Source: Sphingomonadales bacterium UBA658 (lineage in GTDB: Bacteria; Pseudomonadota; Alphaproteobacteria; Sphingomonadales; Sphingomonadaceae). From it: 38,305 nucleotides of DNA. The notes beneath the pieces were generated by a model. The model was given only the letters and a program-made list of their open reading frames with translations. It was not told the DNA's origin and ran no database searches. Of this stretch, positions 35,322 to 38,305 are shown one piece after another. The stretch covers positions 1-38,305 of the forward strand of contig DBOA01000174.1 in NCBI GenBank assembly GCA_002299195.1, given 5' to 3'. Made by a program: the position numbers and the translations under genes. The first letter of the stretch is position 1, and the number at the start of each line of letters is the position of its first letter.

Positions 35322-38138
35322 TTAGTGCGCGGCGCCCCAGCTTGGCCCCGTCCCGATTTCGATACCGAGCGGGACGGTGAGCTTTACCAACGGTTCGGCC
35401 GCGCCTGCCATGATAGCCCGGATGACGTCGCTTGCCGCGGCGACATCAGCCTCGGGCAGTTCGAACACAAGTTCGTCATGCACCTGAAGCAACATCTTCA
35501 CATGGCCTAAGCCAGCGGCTTTCAACGCCGGCCCCATTTGGACCATCGCGCGCTTGATAATGTCAGCGCTTGTCCCCTGAATCGGCGCATTGATTGCAGC
35601 GCGTTCACTGCCCTGCCGTTCTGCCTGGTTGGGGGATGTGATGCGCGGAAACCATGTTTTCCGCCCGAACAATGTTGTCGAGTGCCCGCATTCGCGGACC
35701 GTGGCCATCGTCTCCTGAATATAATTCGAAATGCCCGGGAAGCGTTGGAAATAGGCGTCGATAAGCGCCTGCGCTTCGTCGGCGGTGGATTCCAAACGCT
35801 TTGAAAGACCCCATCGGGAAATGCCGTACAGAATGGAGAAGTTGATCGTCTTGGCACGGCCACGTGTGTCGCGGTTTACTTCGCCGAACAGTTCCAATGC
35901 CGTGCGCGCATGAATGTCTTCGCCCTTTTCAAAGGCATCGCGCAACGGCTCTACATCCGCGAAATGCGCCGCAAGCCGAAGCTCGATTTGGCTATAGTCG
36001 GCAGACAGGATCACATTGCCGGGTTCGGCCACAAAAGCGTCCCGGATCTGGCGACCGGTTTCGGTACGAATGGGAATATTCTGCAAGTTCGGGTCGGTCG
36101 ATGACAGCCGCCCGGTTTGCGCGCCGACGAGACTGTAGCTTGTGTGCACACGGCCCGTTTTGGGATCGATCTGCTGCTGAAGGCTGTCCGTATAGGTTGA
36201 TTTCAGCTTCGCCAGTTGCCGCCAATCGAGAACCTTGCGTGCGATATCGATGCCCTGACCCGCCAGATCTTCCAACACCGTCACATCGGTCGAATATTGC
36301 CCGGACTTGCCTTTTTTGCCGCCCTTATATCCCATTTTTCCAAACAGGATTTCGCCAAGCTGCTGTGGGCTGCCGATCGTAAACGGCTGTCCGGCAAGGC
36401 CATGAATTTCCTTTTCAAGCAATTCCATTTGCGCCGCGAACTCGGATGATAACCGCGCCAGCACCGCCCGGTCGACTTTAATGCCTAAGCATTCCATCTG
36501 CGACAGGACGGGCACGAGCGGGCGGTCCACCAGTTCATAGACGCTGGTCGCCTTTTCTGGGCTCATCCGTAACTTTAGGTGGTGCCAAAGCCGCAGGGTC
36601 ACATCGGCATCTTCCGCCGCGTAACAGGTCGCATCAGACAGCGGGACGGCGGCAAAACCAATCTGGCTTTTGCCCGTTCCCGTGACGCTTTTATAAGAGA
36701 TGCATTCATGCCCCAAATGCGTTTTGGCGAGTTCATCCATGCCATGCAGTTGACGGCCTGCATCTAAGGCGAAACTCATGACCATCGTGTCATCATAGGG
36801 CGTTATGTGCACATCATGCCGCGCCAATACCGACATGTCATATTTCAGATTTTGGCCAATTTTCAGCACGCTTGGATCGCTGAGCAGTGGGCGCAACCGT
36901 TGCAAAGCTATATTCATTTCTATCTGAACAGGCTTTTCCGCGAACATATCTGTACCGCCATGTGCCAACGGGACATAACATGCCTCCCCCGGTGCGACCG
37001 CTAGGCTGAAGCCAACAAGATTGGCGCTCGCCGCTTGCAAGCTGTCTGTTTCGGTGTCGAAACCCAAAGTTCCCGTTTCACGGGCGCGGGAAATCCAATG
37101 GTCCAGCCGAGCGACATCCGTGACGCATTCATATGTCGACACATCAATTTTGGGCATGGCGGGCGGCAAAGCGGCTGTCCCCGCTGTGGGCGCGGATACG
37201 GGGCCATCGGGTTTGCTCGCTGCCTTAGGGTTGCCGGCAATCGCCTTATTGGCAGCAGCGGTATTTGCGACGTGTCCGATACGCTTCAAAAGCGAGTTGA
37301 ACCCGTGATGCTCCAAAAATGCAGCGAGCGGCTCTTCGGGGATTGTCCCCAACGTCATGTCTTCAATCGCAATGGGCAGCGGGCAATCTTCTTTCAAAGT
37401 CACCAGCACTTTCGACAGGCGCGCTTTTTCCGCATGCTCAATCAAGTTATCGCGCATTTTGGACGGCTTCATGGAAGGGGCAGCGGCCAAGACGCTTTCG
37501 AGGTCACCGAATTCCTGAATAAGCTTGGTCGCGGTCTTTGGCCCGACGCCGGGGACGCCCGGCACATTGTCGACGCTATCGCCCATCAGCGCCAGCACAT
37601 CGCCAACCCGTTCGGGCTCGACACCGAATTTTTCGTATACTTCCTCAGCGCGGATGCGTTCGTTTTTCATCGTATCGAACATGTCGATGGATGGTTCGAC
37701 CAACTGCATCAGGTCCTTGTCGCTGCTGACGATGGTCACATGCCAGCCGGCGGCGCAAGCGGCGCGCGCATAGCTTGCGATCATGTCATCGGCCTCGACA
37801 TCATCCTCTTCGACCAACGGCAAAGAAAACGCGCGTGTCGCATCGCGGATCATCGGGAATTGTGGCCTTAAATCCTCAGGCGGGTCGGGCCTGTGCGCCT
37901 TATATTGGTCATAGATACGGTTGCGGAATGACTGGCTCGATTTATCGAGGACAACAGCCATATGTGTTGGACCATCCGCTTGATTGAGGTCGTCCGCCAG
38001 TTTCCACAGCATGGTCGTATAGCCATATACCGCGCCAACAGGCTCGCCATGTTTATTGGTGAGCGGGGGCAGCCGGTGATAGGCCCGGAAAATATAGGCG
38101 GAGCCATCGACGAGATAGAGATGCTTTTGGTCTGACAT
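35322..38138 (-). CDS. polA: DNA polymerase I
   Basis: 5'-3' exonuclease LVDGSAYIFRA, VEADD, GDSVDNVPGV; 3'-5' exonuclease FDTET, NLKYD, YAAED; polymerase DYSQIELR, QVHDEL. ATG at 38138. Confidence 0.98.
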   Translation of the reverse strand: MSDQKHLYLVDGSAYIFRAYHRLPPLTNKHGEPVGAVYGYTTMLWKLADDLNQADGPTHMAVVLDKSSQSFRNRIYDQYKAHRPDPPEDLRPQFPMIRDATRAFSLPLVEEDDVEADDMIASYARAACAAGWHVTIVSSDKDLMQLVEPSIDMFDTMKNERIRAEEVYEKFGVEPERVGDVLALMGDSVDNVPGVPGVGPKTATKLIQEFGDLESVLAAAPSMKPSKMRDNLIEHAEKARLSKVLVTLKEDCPLPIAIEDMTLGTIPEEPLAAFLEHHGFNSLLKRIGHVANTAAANKAIAGNPKAASKPDGPVSAPTAGTAALPPAMPKIDVSTYECVTDVARLDHWISRARETGTLGFDTETDSLQAASANLVGFSLAVAPGEACYVPLAHGGTDMFAEKPVQIEMNIALQRLRPLLSDPSVLKIGQNLKYDMSVLARHDVHITPYDDTMVMSFALDAGRQLHGMDELAKTHLGHECISYKSVTGTGKSQIGFAAVPLSDATCYAAEDADVTLRLWHHLKLRMSPEKATSVYELVDRPLVPVLSQMECLGIKVDRAVLARLSSEFAAQMELLEKEIHGLAGQPFTIGSPQQLGEILFGKMGYKGGKKGKSGQYSTDVTVLEDLAGQGIDIARKVLDWRQLAKLKSTYTDSLQQQIDPKTGRVHTSYSLVGAQTGRLSSTDPNLQNIPIRTETGRQIRDAFVAEPGNVILSADYSQIELRLAAHFADVEPLRDAFEKGEDIHARTALELFGEVNRDTRGRAKTINFSILYGISRWGLSKRLESTADEAQALIDAYFQRFPGISNYIQETMATVRECGHSTTLFGRKTWFPRITSPNQAERQGSERAAINAPIQGTSADIIKRAMVQMGPALKAAGLGHVKMLLQVHDELVFELPEADVAAASDVIRAIMAGAAEPLVKLTVPLGIEIGTGPSWGAAH

Positions 38139-38228
38139 GGCCGAGCGATAGCAGCCCGTTTTGACCAAGTCTTTTCCTAATTTGCAGCGACGCTATTGGC
38201 ACCCATATCGCAGGCGATTGCGGTGGAA

Positions 38229-38305
38229 CTATGCGCGCGACTTGCGCCACAAAAGAAGGCCGCTGGCGATAATGATCGCGGCCCCGGCAAGCGATGTCAT
38301 GTCTG
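38229..38305 (-). CDS. C-terminal end of a probable DMT/EamA family transporter (partial)
   Basis: Manual translation ...DMTSLAGAAIIIASGLLLWRKSRA-stop, typical of the last helix of EamA proteins. Confidence 0.65.
   Translation of the reverse strand, partial: DMTSLAGAAIIIASGLLLWRKSRA

Noticed and set aside
37130-37275. Ala/Pro-rich insertion in PolA as a possible intein or repeat element
   Set aside because: Sits at the variable linker between the 5'-3' exonuclease and the Klenow fragment; no intein motifs.
1-38305. Numerous long antisense or alternative-frame ORFs (e.g. 20011-20928, 26544-27389, 37035-37871); search for mobile, CRISPR, defence or RNA genes
   Set aside because: The ORFs are shadows of well-supported genes, expected in GC-rich coding DNA. 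No integrase, transposase, repeat-spacer array, tRNA or rRNA signature was seen.

Overview
Chromosomal core-genome window of an alphaproteobacterium. Gene content and order (serC-serA-hisZ-purA, large NAD-GDH, DUF815 ATPase, cytochrome c/pheA, DUF2171) point to Sphingomonadaceae; this assignment is an inference. The window holds about 33 densely packed protein genes: an RND efflux pair, tsaC/sua5, an acyl-CoA dehydrogenase, putA, rpmB, tadA, a LytS/LytTR two-component pair, an HD-domain enzyme, NAD-glutamate dehydrogenase with a divergent dicarboxylate/amino-acid symporter, serine/histidine/purine biosynthesis genes and polA. I saw no transposase, integrase, prophage, CRISPR array, rRNA/tRNA or defence system, and no large novel multi-gene system. 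The best leads are small elements. (1) A three-hairpin candidate sRNA with a CCUCCC loop between a glycine-zipper gene and putA. (2) An unannotated 42-aa basic protein. (3) An MsrQ-like + PepSY operon lacking msrP, with a Fur-box-like site over its start codon. (4) An orphan PhnZ-like HD-domain enzyme. (5) A structured purA leader containing a possible uORF. (6) Several clean operator palindromes. All calls come from motif recognition by eye; no searches were run.
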